A stretch of 63,703 nt of DNA, the filler included, from an uncultured Methanosarcinales archaeon (GTDB taxonomy: Archaea; Nanobdellota; Nanobdellia; Woesearchaeales; UBA12501): the NCBI GenBank assembly GCA_964397315.1. It is 3 parts of 3 records of this genome, joined end to end, with 100 filler letters (N's around TTAATTAATTAA, not from the genome) between each part and the next. Parts side by side here need not be neighbours in the genome. Positions count along the whole stretch, not along the records: positions 27,444 to 46,778 come from CAYNHV010000003.1; positions 46,879 to 63,703 come from CAYNHV010000027.1; 1 more part is not named here. One strand, 5' to 3'. Each line of letters opens with the position of its first letter. Positions within the stretch are counted from its first letter, which is position 1. A model generated the notes under the pieces. That model was given only the letters and a program-made list of their open reading frames with translations. It made no database searches and had not been told where the DNA came from. Positions 38,972 to 49,523 of the stretch are shown piece by piece. Position numbers and translations under genes: made by a program.

Positions 38972-39826
38972 ATGGTTCTGCAGCAGGGGCTCATCTTCGC
39001 GATAATAACACTCCTTGGGTGGGGAGCGTCCAAGGTAGTGGTCAAGCCAGCAATAAGGAGTATGGGGCCTTACAATGCGCTCTTCTACGAGCACCTATTC
39101 GTGGCCCTCGCCCTGGCTCTCTTCTCCTCACCATTCATTGACCTTGTCATGCCTGGAACAGGGATTCTGCTTCTGCTGGCAGGGGCAATGATTGTAGGCG
39201 CTCTTGCAGTATACTCCCTCTTCAGGGCTTTTGACATAGGAAAGCTGTCAATAACAGCCCCAATAGCCCAGTCTGCCACAATATTCACTGTTCTCCTCTC
39301 CTACTTCATATATGAGGAGCAGGTAAGCCTTCTGCAGGCGCTGGCAATCGTGCTGCTCATAATAGGGGTGATCATGATATCATTCAGGTATTCAGACCTG
39401 AAAAGGATAAGGGTAAGCAGGGCAGCTCCCGGAGCAGGATTCGCAGCCCTTACAATGGTCGGCTGGGGCCTTTATTACTTCATGATAAAGCCTGTTGTGA
39501 TTGAGCTGGGCCCTCTCCTCTCTGTGGTATATCTGGAGGTGGGAATCTTAGTTATGATAGCGCTGCCCCTTCTGCTGGGAAAGGCAAGGGTTCCTGACAG
39601 GACAGTCTGCTGGACATTCTTCTCCGGAATCCTCGTGGCGCTGGCTGCATGGGCGTTTAACATGGGAATAATGCGGGCGCCGGTGTCAATAATACACCCT
39701 GTTGCAAACAGCTCAGTGCTTGTGACAGTACTCCTCTCCCGCTTATTTCTGAAGGAGAGGATAGAAACCAACCAGAAAGCGGCAATATTTTTAATAATCA
39801 CAGGACTGATATTTATATCAATATGA
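38972..39826 (+). CDS. EamA/DMT family transporter
   Basis: Ten TM segments in two repeats; LSRLFLKE. Confidence 0.85.
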   Translation: MVLQQGLIFAIITLLGWGASKVVVKPAIRSMGPYNALFYEHLFVALALALFSSPFIDLVMPGTGILLLLAGAMIVGALAVYSLFRAFDIGKLSITAPIAQSATIFTVLLSYFIYEEQVSLLQALAIVLLIIGVIMISFRYSDLKRIRVSRAAPGAGFAALTMVGWGLYYFMIKPVVIELGPLLSVVYLEVGILVMIALPLLLGKARVPDRTVCWTFFSGILVALAAWAFNMGIMRAPVSIIHPVANSSVLVTVLLSRLFLKERIETNQKAAIFLIITGLIFISI

Positions 39827-39827
39827 G

Positions 39828-40520
39828 ATGATAAAAAAGATGGCCATGGACAGGAAAAATAAGAACCGGAAAAGATACCTGCTTGTATGCTTTGACCTTG
39901 ACGGCACAATAGTTGACAAGATAACCAGCATCTGGAAGTTCATAGGCTGTGAGTTCGGGGTTGACCCTGTCAGGAGGGAGAAGGGAACAAGGGAATTCTT
40001 TGACAACATAATATCCTATGATGAATGGGTGGGCAATGATGTCAGGCTGTGGATGGAGAAGGGCATAACAAAGGACCGGTTCATAAGGGCAGTAAGGAAA
40101 CTTAAGCTTATGAGGGGGGCGAGAGAGGCTCTTGACAAGCTCAGGGCAGAAGGCGTGAAGCTTGCTGTGATATCAGACGGTCTTGACATTGTCCTTGAAG
40201 CCCTGATGCCTGATTACAGGAATGTTTTTGATGATGTTTTCATTAACAGGCTGAAGTTTGACAGCAGGGGCAGGCTTGAGGGATGGCAGGCCACTGAATA
40301 CTGCATGGACAGGAAAGCAGACGGCCTTAAAGCAATAGCAAAAAGAGAGGGTATCAGCCTTAGCAAGTGCGCCTTTGTGGGGGACGAGTCCAATGACATA
40401 GGGGCTGTCAGGCTGGCGGGGCTTGGAATAGCATTCAACAGCAGCTCTGAAGAGCTGAACAGGGCGTGTGACATTGTGGTGAGGAAGAAGGACCTCAGGG
40501 AGATTCTAAAATACCTTTAA
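39828..40520 (+). CDS. HAD phosphatase, phosphoserine-phosphatase-like (paralog)
   Basis: FDLDGT, ISDG, VGDESND. Confidence 0.85.
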   Translation: MIKKMAMDRKNKNRKRYLLVCFDLDGTIVDKITSIWKFIGCEFGVDPVRREKGTREFFDNIISYDEWVGNDVRLWMEKGITKDRFIRAVRKLKLMRGAREALDKLRAEGVKLAVISDGLDIVLEALMPDYRNVFDDVFINRLKFDSRGRLEGWQATEYCMDRKADGLKAIAKREGISLSKCAFVGDESNDIGAVRLAGLGIAFNSSSEELNRACDIVVRKKDLREILKYL

Positions 40521-40576
40521 ACCACCATAAACTATATAAAACAACGCGCCTAATGCAGGAGGAGGGTGCAGGAATC

Positions 40577-40861
40577 ATGGAAATCAGCAGGGAGCTAATA
40601 TCAAGAGTGGCTGAGAACGCAAAGCTTGACCTCACAGAGGAAGAGATAAGGGAGTTCACGCCCCAGCTTAAGGAGGTTCTGGAGTTCTTCTCAGAGATTG
40701 ACAAGGCAGACACAAAAGGTATCGAGCCCAGTATGCAGCCTGTTGAGATCAGGAACGTGATGAGGGAGGACAAGAGAGGGGAAAGCCTGAGCCAGGAGGA
40801 GGCTCTCTCAAACACAGAGCACAAGAAGGACGGCTACTTCAAGGGGCCGAAAGCAGTATGA
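40577..40861 (+). CDS. gatC: Asp/Glu-tRNA amidotransferase subunit C
   Basis: VA.NAKL.L..EE, NVMRED, GYFKGP; upstream of gatA and gatB. Confidence 0.88.
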   Translation: MEISRELISRVAENAKLDLTEEEIREFTPQLKEVLEFFSEIDKADTKGIEPSMQPVEIRNVMREDKRGESLSQEEALSNTEHKKDGYFKGPKAV

Positions 40862-40883
40862 ACTTGAGTTACAAGGTATCAAA

Positions 40884-41630
40884 ATGCTAAAGACAGACCT
40901 TCACATACATTCAGTCCACAGCGGGCATGCCTACGGCACATTTTATGATATAATAAACGAAGCAAAGAGGAAGGGAATGAGAATGATAGCCCTGACCGAC
41001 CACGGCTCCTCAATGCCCGGAGCGGCATCAAAGGTGCACTTCAAGAGCGGTTTCAGAAAGCCTGAGACATGCAGCCTGAAGGTGCTTTGGGGATGCGAAG
41101 CCAACATAATTGACAGAGAGGGAACGCTGGATCTTGACAGTGACATCCTCAGGAAGCTTGACATTGTAATAGCCGGGCTGCACATAGGAACATCCTTCAG
41201 GGATGAGGGAAGGGAGGGGAACACCACAGCCATTATAAACTGCCTGAAGAGGTATCCCATCCATATACTTGCCCACCCTTACACAAAATATTATGATTAT
41301 GACATAAGCAGGGTGTGCAGGGCCGCCTGCGATAACGGCGCGCTTATAGAGCTCAACCTTTCATCACTGGCACGCCTTGATGAGGGAAGCAAGAGAACAA
41401 GCATTGAGGATGTGAAGACAGCGGTCAGGACAGCAAGGGACAATGGAAAGAGGGTAATCGTTTGTTCTGACGCCCACTTCCTGCATGAGATAGGGGATGA
41501 CAGCCTGCTTGAGAAATACAGGGATGAGCTGGGCATTGATGATGACATGATAATCAACAATTTTCCTGAAGAGCTGGACGAATTCATGAGGGAGAGATCA
41601 GAAAAATGGAAGGAACTGCAGGAAGCATAA
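40884..41630 (+). CDS. PHP-domain phosphatase (YcdX-like)
   Basis: DLHIHS..SGHAY, TDH, AHP, SDAH. Confidence 0.85.
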   Translation: MLKTDLHIHSVHSGHAYGTFYDIINEAKRKGMRMIALTDHGSSMPGAASKVHFKSGFRKPETCSLKVLWGCEANIIDREGTLDLDSDILRKLDIVIAGLHIGTSFRDEGREGNTTAIINCLKRYPIHILAHPYTKYYDYDISRVCRAACDNGALIELNLSSLARLDEGSKRTSIEDVKTAVRTARDNGKRVIVCSDAHFLHEIGDDSLLEKYRDELGIDDDMIINNFPEELDEFMRERSEKWKELQEA

Positions 41631-43042
41631 AAGAGTTTGCTGAAAAAGTAAGGTCAGGAAAGGCAGACCCTGTCAGCCACACAAAGAAGGTTCTTGATGA
41701 GCTGAAAAAGACAGACATGGATTATCATTACTTCAACCTGATATCAGAGGAGCTGGCACTTGAGCAGGCCGAAAGAGTCAGGGAAAATCCCGCAGGAAAG
41801 CTGGCAGGGGTTCCTGTTTCTGCAAAGGACTGCATACTTGTCAAAGGCATTGAGTCAACAGCAGGAAGCAGGATACTTGAGGGTTACAAGCCATTATTCA
41901 ATGCAACTGCAGTTCAGAAGTGCATTGATGAAGGCGCCATAATAATAGGCAAGACAGCGCAGGACGAGTTCGGGTTCGGAGGGTTCTCAGCAAACACAGG
42001 CCAGGGATTCAGGACTCCTTTAAATCCTTTTGACAAGGAGAGGGCCTGCGGAGGGAGCTCAGGAGGCTCAGGTGGCATAACCAAGAAGGCGTCATTCCCC
42101 CACTTCTCTCTGGGGGAGAGCACAGGAGGCTCCATTGTCAACCCTGCATCATTCTGCGGGGTCTACGGGCTGTGCCCTACCTACGGCAGGGTGTCAAGGA
42201 ACGGGCTTATTGACTACGGCAACAGCCTTGACAAGATAGGGCCGATGGCAAGGAGCATGGAGGATGCTGCCTACGCGCTTGAGATAATCTCAGGCCATGA
42301 CAGCAGTGACTCAACAAGCCTGAACAAGCCTGTTGAAGAGTACTCCTCCCACGCGGGAAAGGGAGTTAAGGGCATGAAGATAGGCATCATAAAAGAAGCA
42401 TTCGGAGAGGGTGTTGATGAGGGGATCAAGGATGCTGTCAGGAAAGGCATAGGCAGCCTGGAAAAGAAAGGCGCGGAGTGCGAGGAGATCTCTCTTCCGA
42501 TAACATCAAAACACGGGCTGTCAGCTTATTACATAATCTCTGCCTCAGAGGCTTCAACAAACCTGGCAAGATACTGCGGCATGAGATACGGCAGGCATGA
42601 GAAGCTTGAGGGAAGCTTCAGCGACTACTTCAGGAAGGTAAGGAGCAGCAATCTCGGCAGGGAGGCAAAGAGAAGGATAATAATAGGAACTTTCGCCAGA
42701 ATGGCTGGGTTCAGGGACGCGTATTACATGAAGGCAATGAGGATAAGAACCAAAGTCATTGAGGAGTACAAGAAGGCATTCAGCAAGTATGATGTTCTGG
42801 CTTCACCCACAGTTCCGGCAGCAGCGCCAAGGTTTGACGAGATAAAGAAGATGAGCCTGCTCCAGAGCTATATGTTTGACAAGCTCACAGTGGGGCCCAA
42901 CCTTGCTGGCCTGCCTCACATTAATGTTCCAGCGGGATTTGAAAAGAAGGACGGAAAGGATCTGCCTGTGGGGATGATGCTTGTGGCAGGCCACCTCCAG
43001 GAGTCAAAACTGGCAAGGGCAGGAGGGGTGTTTGGAGAATGA
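41606..43042 (+). CDS. gatA: Amidotransferase subunit A
   Basis: KD, GGSSGGS, STGGSI..PA, EAKRRI..G. Confidence 0.92.
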   Translation: MEGTAGSIKEFAEKVRSGKADPVSHTKKVLDELKKTDMDYHYFNLISEELALEQAERVRENPAGKLAGVPVSAKDCILVKGIESTAGSRILEGYKPLFNATAVQKCIDEGAIIIGKTAQDEFGFGGFSANTGQGFRTPLNPFDKERACGGSSGGSGGITKKASFPHFSLGESTGGSIVNPASFCGVYGLCPTYGRVSRNGLIDYGNSLDKIGPMARSMEDAAYALEIISGHDSSDSTSLNKPVEEYSSHAGKGVKGMKIGIIKEAFGEGVDEGIKDAVRKGIGSLEKKGAECEEISLPITSKHGLSAYYIISASEASTNLARYCGMRYGRHEKLEGSFSDYFRKVRSSNLGREAKRRIIIGTFARMAGFRDAYYMKAMRIRTKVIEEYKKAFSKYDVLASPTVPAAAPRFDEIKKMSLLQSYMFDKLTVGPNLAGLPHINVPAGFEKKDGKDLPVGMMLVAGHLQESKLARAGGVFGE

Positions 43043-43728
43043 GGATAGAAGATATGACATCAGAGGAGATTAGGAACAAGCAGAAAGAGACAAGAACAGT
43101 CATTGTTCCCATAAGCCCCATAGAGCAGCACGGCCCTCACCTGACAATATCACCTGATCACCTCATAGGGTATGAGGTTTCAAGGAAAGCGGCAGAAGAA
43201 ACAGGGGTTTTCTGCCTCCCTCCCCTCACCCTAGGATACAATCACAAGGGCTCCTCATTTCCGGGCACTGTCTCAATCTCAACCGAAACCCTGAAATCTG
43301 TTGTCAGGGATTTGTGCAGCTCGCTGGAGAGGACAGGCTTCAGGAGGATAATAATCATCTCGGGCCACGCAGGTGGAGGCCATGTCAGGGCTATTAAAGA
43401 GACTGTTGAGGGGCATGACAACATATCCTTTTTCACAGTGAGAGACCTCACAAGCAAAGTTGTAGGCGGCCTGATTGATACAAAGGATGACAGGCACGCA
43501 GGAGAGAAGGAGACATCCCTCATGCTCTACCTTGCTCCAGGCCATGTGAGGATGGACAGGGCAGTGAGCTCATTCCCTGATTATCCCGATGACATAACAC
43601 CAGAGGAATACATGAGGGGCAACCCGTCAGGGGTTTATGGAGATCCCACAAAAGCTACAAAAGAAAAGGGCGAGAAGCTGTTCAGGACTGCGGTAGAAGA
43701 GCTGGCGGGAATTATTGGAGAAAAGTGA
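43039..43728 (+). CDS. Creatininase family amidohydrolase
   Basis: EQHGPHL..D, FPGT, SGH.G, HAGEKETS. Confidence 0.88.
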   Translation: MRIEDMTSEEIRNKQKETRTVIVPISPIEQHGPHLTISPDHLIGYEVSRKAAEETGVFCLPPLTLGYNHKGSSFPGTVSISTETLKSVVRDLCSSLERTGFRRIIIISGHAGGGHVRAIKETVEGHDNISFFTVRDLTSKVVGGLIDTKDDRHAGEKETSLMLYLAPGHVRMDRAVSSFPDYPDDITPEEYMRGNPSGVYGDPTKATKEKGEKLFRTAVEELAGIIGEK

Positions 43729-43743
43729 GAAGGGCGGAAGATA

Positions 43744-45165
43744 ATGAAGGAGAACAAATTCAAGTCAGACATTGTGATAGGGCTTGAGATTCATGTGGAG
43801 CTTGACACAGAAACAAAGCTCTTCTGCAGCTGCTCCACAGAGAATGCTGAAGAGCCCAACACCCACACCTGCCATGTGTGCCTCGGCCACCCTGGCTCAA
43901 AGCCCGTGCTGAACAGGGAGGCTGTTGATTACGGCATAAGGCTGTGCCTTGCCCTGGGCTGCACAATAAGCAAGAGGCTATTTTTCTCAAGAAAAAGCTA
44001 CTTTTATCCTGACATGGCAAAGAACTACCAGATAACACAGTATGAGGTGCCTCTCGGAGAGGGAGGGAAGTTGAGGGCCAATGACGAGAAAGAGGTTGGG
44101 CTGGTGAGGGTCCATCTTGAGGAGGATCCAGCCTCGCTTGTGCATCCCGAAGGCATGCAGGCAAGCAGCTTCGTGCTTGTTGACTACAACAGGTCGGGGA
44201 GGCCTCTTGCAGAGGTAGTGACAAAGCCTGAGATTAACAGCCCTGCAGAAGCAAGGGATTTCATGAAGAAGCTCATAACAGTTCTTAATTACATAGGAAT
44301 ATTTGACAGGGAGAACTGCGTGATTAAGGCTGACGCTAACGTGAGCGTGAAGGAAACAGGGTATGTGAGGGCAGAAGTGAAGAACATAACAGGATTCAGG
44401 GAGATTGAAAGGGCTCTCAAGTATGAGGTTGACAGGCACAGGAAGGCTGCAAGCAGGGGAGAGGACATAGTGCAGGAGACAAGAGCCTGGGATGCATCAA
44501 AAGGCGTTACATCAAGGATAAGGGTTAAGGAGACTGAGGAGGACTATGGGTACATACTTGACCCGGACCTTGTGGCAGTAGACCTGACTGACGACTGGAT
44601 CTCTGATGTGAAGAATGGGATGCCTGAACTCGCGCAGGATAAGGTGCAGAAGTTCGTGAAGGATTATGGCATTGACAGGACCGACGCTGAGGTGATAGCA
44701 GAAGAGAGAATACTTGCAGAGCTGTTTGAGAAGGTCGCGGAGAAAGTGAATCCTGTTCTTACAGCAAGATGGCTGAGGAGGGAGCTTGTAAGAGTTATGA
44801 ACTACAATGACCGGGCTTTTGAAGAGCTGGACATTGACGAGAAGCATCTTGTTGAGCTGCTGGAAATGATTGAGAAAAAGGAGATAACCGACAATGTGGC
44901 AAAGCAGATAATGGAGAAGCTCATGGAAGAGCCGTTCTCTCCAAGGGATTATGTCCGGGCAAAAGGCCTCAGGGTGATGTCTGACGAGTCAGAGCTTGAG
45001 TCAATATGCAGTCAGGTTGTTAAGGAGAATCCAGAGGCTGTGGCCGAATATGCGGCAGGAAATGAGAAGTCAATCCACTTCCTTATAGGCCAGGTCATGA
45101 AAAAGACAAAAGGCCAGGCAGCTCCCGCGAAAGTGCATGAGACGCTTAAGAAGATGGTTGGATAA
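43744..45165 (+). CDS. gatB: Amidotransferase subunit B
   Basis: IGLEIHVEL, RKSYFYPD, HLEED, DYNRSG, EVKN. Confidence 0.95.
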   Translation: MKENKFKSDIVIGLEIHVELDTETKLFCSCSTENAEEPNTHTCHVCLGHPGSKPVLNREAVDYGIRLCLALGCTISKRLFFSRKSYFYPDMAKNYQITQYEVPLGEGGKLRANDEKEVGLVRVHLEEDPASLVHPEGMQASSFVLVDYNRSGRPLAEVVTKPEINSPAEARDFMKKLITVLNYIGIFDRENCVIKADANVSVKETGYVRAEVKNITGFREIERALKYEVDRHRKAASRGEDIVQETRAWDASKGVTSRIRVKETEEDYGYILDPDLVAVDLTDDWISDVKNGMPELAQDKVQKFVKDYGIDRTDAEVIAEERILAELFEKVAEKVNPVLTARWLRRELVRVMNYNDRAFEELDIDEKHLVELLEMIEKKEITDNVAKQIMEKLMEEPFSPRDYVRAKGLRVMSDESELESICSQVVKENPEAVAEYAAGNEKSIHFLIGQVMKKTKGQAAPAKVHETLKKMVG

Positions 45166-45170
45166 TAGGA

Positions 45171-46394
45171 TTATTTAATATCAATAACCTTTTCTGCATC
45201 TTCAAGAACTCTTTTTTCAAAGTCAGCCGCCTTTTCCCCCTCTTCTTTCTCAAGGCTTAATGCTTTCATCAGCCCCTCAATCATCTCTTTCTCCTTCTCT
45301 CCGGGGCTGCTGCTCTTGCTTTCCCTGATGTACTTTTCTATTATCTCGCTCTCAGTGTCCTCAACTGACTCAGCCTCAACCTTCACATCCTCAAACTCTC
45401 TTGAGCTGACAAGAGATGTGCTTTTCATTACAAAATAGGCTGACTTCTGCCTGAGAATATCAAATATGTCCTTGAAGTTTATGTCTGATGCCCTGCCTGA
45501 CTCAAGCGTTCCCCTGACCCTTATGAGAACTATGGTGTTTATGAATTCCTTGTTTTTCACCCTCTCCTTTATCTCCTCCTCAACCTGCTTCGGGTTCTTG
45601 CCTGCGCAGTCAATCTCAATGTTCATGGTGGGCTTTACCTGCACTGGATGCCATTCAGCTGTTGTGCTTCCATTCTTGCGCTCTACGATGTAGAAGCCTC
45701 CCCTGCCGTACTTCTCAAGCTCTGCAAAGTTAGCGGGAAACAAGGCTCCCGGATATGCCATAATGCCGTAGCCCTCCCTTTCCTCCTTGTGGATGTAATG
45801 GACATGGCCTCCTGCATAATAGTCAAAGCCTTTTGGAAGGTATGACATGGGCGCTGACTCTATCCTCTCCAGCTCTTTTGGCTTTAGCTCGTCTATTGCA
45901 GTGTGGAAGAGGAATATCTTGAATCCCTGCTCTGACTCAAGGCTTGCCTTGTCCAGCTGCTGGTAGTATTTCCTGTCAAGCATTCCTTTTTTTCCTTTTA
46001 TTCCTGTGAGCTTCGCCCCTGTTTTCCTGTCTGTGGTGAAATTCAGCTTTAGGGTCTCGTTCTCAACACGGCCCCTGAAGACGTTTACGAACAGGCCCGC
46101 CCTCTCCAGGACATCCAGCATTGTCTTTCCTGAAGCAGAATAATCATGAGAGCCTGCAATGCCGTATATGGGTATTCCCTTGTCATTCAGCTCCTTGAAC
46201 CTTTCTGTGACTGTCTTGAGATTGTCCACAGCAGGCAGTGAAGTGTGGAAGAGGTCTCCTGAGATGATTATGAAGTCCACACCCTGCTTCTCGCACCCCT
46301 CCAGGGCTTTCAGAAATGCTTTAAGGCTTAAGTCCCTCAGTTTCTGGTCCCTCCAGGAGCCTATGTGGCAGTCAGCAAGGTGAGCGAATTTCAT
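45171..46394 (-). CDS. mre11: Mre11/SbcD DNA repair nuclease
   Basis: ADCHIG, GDLF, GSHD, YYAGGHVH, YPG. Confidence 0.88.
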   Translation of the reverse strand: MKFAHLADCHIGSWRDQKLRDLSLKAFLKALEGCEKQGVDFIIISGDLFHTSLPAVDNLKTVTERFKELNDKGIPIYGIAGSHDYSASGKTMLDVLERAGLFVNVFRGRVENETLKLNFTTDRKTGAKLTGIKGKKGMLDRKYYQQLDKASLESEQGFKIFLFHTAIDELKPKELERIESAPMSYLPKGFDYYAGGHVHYIHKEEREGYGIMAYPGALFPANFAELEKYGRGGFYIVERKNGSTTAEWHPVQVKPTMNIEIDCAGKNPKQVEEEIKERVKNKEFINTIVLIRVRGTLESGRASDINFKDIFDILRQKSAYFVMKSTSLVSSREFEDVKVEAESVEDTESEIIEKYIRESKSSSPGEKEKEMIEGLMKALSLEKEEGEKAADFEKRVLEDAEKVIDIK

Positions 46395-46554
46395 CAATAT
46401 CCCCTTTATAGGCCTGAGAGCCTCTCATTTAAATATTATTGGGTTTCCAGGCTATTCTTTATCATACATCATTTATTCATTCACTACTAAACAATGATGA
46501 TAAAATAGAAACATTTATATATCACAATATCATTACCTCCCTTGTGATGCCTGT

Positions 46555-46778
46555 ATGGAAGATGATGCAGTTGATTACCATGTTATGGAATACCTCATGA
46601 AGGCCATGGGCCCTGAATTTGACAGCCACCCCCATTTTAAAAGAATAAAGGGTCTTCTTGACTCAGGAGAGTTGAACCCTGAATTCGCGCTGAATCTTAA
46701 TGTCAGGAACATAAAAAATAGCAGCATGCTGGTGGGCCACCATTATGTGGCTGAGCTTGATGATGGCTCAGAAAAATC
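46555..46778 (+). CDS. Hypothetical protein, truncated at contig end
   Basis: Open frame after BRE/TATA GAAACATTTATATA. Confidence 0.5.
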
Positions 46779-46878
46779 NNNNNNNNNNNNNNNNNNNNNN
46801 NNNNNNNNNNNNNNNNNNNNNNTTAATTAATTAANNNNNNNNNNNNNNNNNNNNNNNNNNNNNNNNNNNNNNNNNNNN
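46779..46878. other. Artificial contig spacer
   Basis: N44-TTAATTAATTAA-N44. Confidence 0.97.
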
Positions 46879-46963
46879 AACTCCACAGGATGCTAAGCAC
46901 AAACCTGTGCTAAAGAGCTAAACAAATACAAATTTAAATATAAAATGGAATATTTGTTCCATC

Positions 46964-47416
46964 ATGGTGGAAATATTGGATGAAAAAGATAAAAGGATAC
47001 TTGACATTCTTAAGGATAACAGCAGGTTTTCAACACAGCAGATAGCAAAGAAAACCAGAATTCCAATAACTACTGTGCATAACAGAATAAAAAAACTTGA
47101 GAAAGAGGGTGTTATAAAAGGCTACACTTTTACGCCGGATTATAAAAAGATTGGTAAGCACATAGCGGCATATATCCTGATAACAGTGGATTATACTCTT
47201 CTTAAGAAAATAGGCGTATCTCAACATGATCTTGCTAAGAAAATAAAGAAGAATCCTGATGTTGAGGGAGTTTCCATGGTTGCAGGAAGCACCGATATTT
47301 TGCTGAATGTAAGGGTTGCTGATATGGACGCTCTTGACGAGTTTGTCACGAAATACTTGAGAAATGTGGATGGTGTTGAAAGAACGCAGACGATGATTGT
47401 ATTGCATGAGTTCTAA
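46964..47416 (+). CDS. Lrp/AsnC transcriptional regulator
   Basis: LDEKDKRIL..L..NSR...IA...TVHNRIKKLEKEGVI. Confidence 0.92.
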   Translation: MVEILDEKDKRILDILKDNSRFSTQQIAKKTRIPITTVHNRIKKLEKEGVIKGYTFTPDYKKIGKHIAAYILITVDYTLLKKIGVSQHDLAKKIKKNPDVEGVSMVAGSTDILLNVRVADMDALDEFVTKYLRNVDGVERTQTMIVLHEF

Positions 47417-47426
47417 AAAAGTAATA

Positions 47427-48719
47427 TCACTCAATAAAATCCTCCTCATACTCTGTCCTGTCTGTTATCTCTCCCCTGAGGTTCTGCGCCATAAGCTCTT
47501 TCACTTTTTCCCTGTCATTAGGGTAATTGCCGAGAAGCCAGGCCAGCTTCACAAAAGCAGTCTCAGGCAGCATGTCCTCACAGAAAACACACCCGATATC
47601 TGACAGCTTTCTTAGATTAGTATAAACTGAGGGGTTTACCCTGCCATAAATACATTGGGATGTCACGGCCACTACGCCTCCCTTTTTGATGTAATCCTTG
47701 AGAACCCCATAATTTTTCAGGTTTTCTTTAGTGCTTATAGGAACATGTCCCAGGCCAGTTCCTTCAATAACAATCCCCTTGTAATTTTTGGTGTAATATT
47801 TAAAAATATCTGTGCTGATTTCCGGATGTGTCTTGAGCAACCCCACTTGCGCCTCTACTCTTTCCTTGAGCACTGTTTTCTCGTCCTTTGAGCCATGCTC
47901 TTTGAGGAATTCAGTATTTCCTTTATTTTGGTCAACCAGTGCAACAGGCTTGTCATTCACTGCCCTGAATGCATCCCTTCTGCTTGTGTGCATCTTCCTT
48001 GTCTTTGTTGCAGGCAGTATCGCGCATTTATCGTCAGAGCTGTGGTGGTGCATGCATATGGCTATCCCTTTGAAATCAGAATTGGTGATGAATCTTGCTG
48101 CGCAAATAAGGTTCATCCCTGCATCAGTGCTGCCCCTGTCAGATGACCTTTGAGAGCCGACAAGAAGCACAGGAATGCTAATCTTCTCAAACATAAAAGA
48201 GAGCGAAGCAGCAGTGTAACCCAATGTGTCAGTGCCGTGCCCTATTATTACACCATCCACGCCATTTTCAGCGTGTTTCTTAACTGCTTTGGCTATCTTC
48301 TGGTGATCAGAGAAATGCATATCCTCTGACATCATGTTGGCAACAAGCTCTGTCTCTATGTTCGCTATCTTCACAAGCTCAGGGAATATGCTGATGAGGT
48401 CTTCTGAAGAGAATCTGGCAACAACACCTCCCGACTCGTAATCCACCCTGCTTGCTATTGTCCCTCCGGTGTGAAGTATCGCAATGGTCGGAAGCTTAGG
48501 GTTCTGCTTCACTTTCCCTTTTGCCTCTTTTTTCTCTTTCAGGGCCTCAACAACCTTTATCTCCTTTATCTTCTTCCTGTCAATACCCATGTTGTAGCCT
48601 GAGTCCAGCTTTATGATGAGAGAATCAGCAGCATCTGAGGGCATCATCACGCCCTCAATCTCCTCGTCTCTGCATATAACCCTTATCCTGTCGCCCTCTT
48701 TTGCTTCCGCCTTTGCCAT
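47427..48719 (-). CDS. gatD: Glu-tRNA(Gln) amidotransferase subunit D
   Basis: IKLDSGYN.G, TGGTIASRVDY, HGTDT, SQRSSDRG, RKMHTSRRDAF. Confidence 0.95.
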   Translation of the reverse strand: MAKAEAKEGDRIRVICRDEEIEGVMMPSDAADSLIIKLDSGYNMGIDRKKIKEIKVVEALKEKKEAKGKVKQNPKLPTIAILHTGGTIASRVDYESGGVVARFSSEDLISIFPELVKIANIETELVANMMSEDMHFSDHQKIAKAVKKHAENGVDGVIIGHGTDTLGYTAASLSFMFEKISIPVLLVGSQRSSDRGSTDAGMNLICAARFITNSDFKGIAICMHHHSSDDKCAILPATKTRKMHTSRRDAFRAVNDKPVALVDQNKGNTEFLKEHGSKDEKTVLKERVEAQVGLLKTHPEISTDIFKYYTKNYKGIVIEGTGLGHVPISTKENLKNYGVLKDYIKKGGVVAVTSQCIYGRVNPSVYTNLRKLSDIGCVFCEDMLPETAFVKLAWLLGNYPNDREKVKELMAQNLRGEITDRTEYEEDFIE

Positions 48720-48836
48720 ACGCCTGCAGAACCCCTCCATGTTTATAAATTTTTATGTAAGCCAAAAGAAAATATTTATAAATAAGCCCTAAATCAGCCA
48801 GTATACCTTTACAATCAGCGAGGTCAGGCTTTCAAA

Positions 48837-49481
48837 ATGATTCCCACAAGTGTTTTCTTTGTCAAGGGGCTTGGAGTGCACAGGGAAAAGCTAGCTTCTT
48901 TTGAGAGGGCGCTGAGGGACGCAGGCATACAGCACCTCAATCTTGTGCACGTCTCGTCAATATTCCCTCCCAACTGCAAGATTGTCTCAAAAGAGGACGG
49001 CCTGAATATGCTCAAGCCGGGGCAGATAGTTTATGTTGTTCTCGCAAGGGCCCAGACTAATGAGGCCAGGAGGATGCTCGCAGCCTCAATAGGCCTTGCC
49101 CTTCCCGCAGACCCCAATGCTTATGGTTATCTGAGCGAGCATCACAGCTTCGGCGAGACAGAGGAGTTCGCAGGGGAGTATGCAGAGGATCTTGCTGCTG
49201 AGATGCTTGCCTCCACCCTTGGTGTTGAGTTTGACCCTGACAAGAGCTATGACGAGAAGAGGGAGATATTCAAGATTTCCGACAAGATGGTCCACACAGA
49301 GAACATAACCCAGGCAGCCAAGGCTGACAGGGGAGGGAGGTGGACTAGCGCTGTGGCTGCTGCCATGTTTGTCTGCGACGAGTACAAGTCTGTGAGGGAC
49401 ATCAAGGAAAAGAAAATAAAGAAAAAGAAAAAAGCAAAGATGAAGAGGGAGATACCTGACATAGATCCCAACGGTGACTGA
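48837..49481 (+). CDS. pdaD: Pyruvoyl-dependent arginine decarboxylase
   Basis: SFE.ALRDAGI...NLV.VSSIFPP (Ser-Ser cleavage site), GYLSEH. Confidence 0.9.
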   Translation: MIPTSVFFVKGLGVHREKLASFERALRDAGIQHLNLVHVSSIFPPNCKIVSKEDGLNMLKPGQIVYVVLARAQTNEARRMLAASIGLALPADPNAYGYLSEHHSFGETEEFAGEYAEDLAAEMLASTLGVEFDPDKSYDEKREIFKISDKMVHTENITQAAKADRGGRWTSAVAAAMFVCDEYKSVRDIKEKKIKKKKKAKMKREIPDIDPNGD

Positions 49482-49523
49482 TTATCACCCCTCTAATCAT
49501 CGCCTCCCGGCAGTGCGTGACTG

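Noticed and set aside
47427..48719. gatD without adjacent gatE as an anomaly
   Set aside because: It lies near a contig end and the two genes need not be adjacent; absence cannot be judged from this window.
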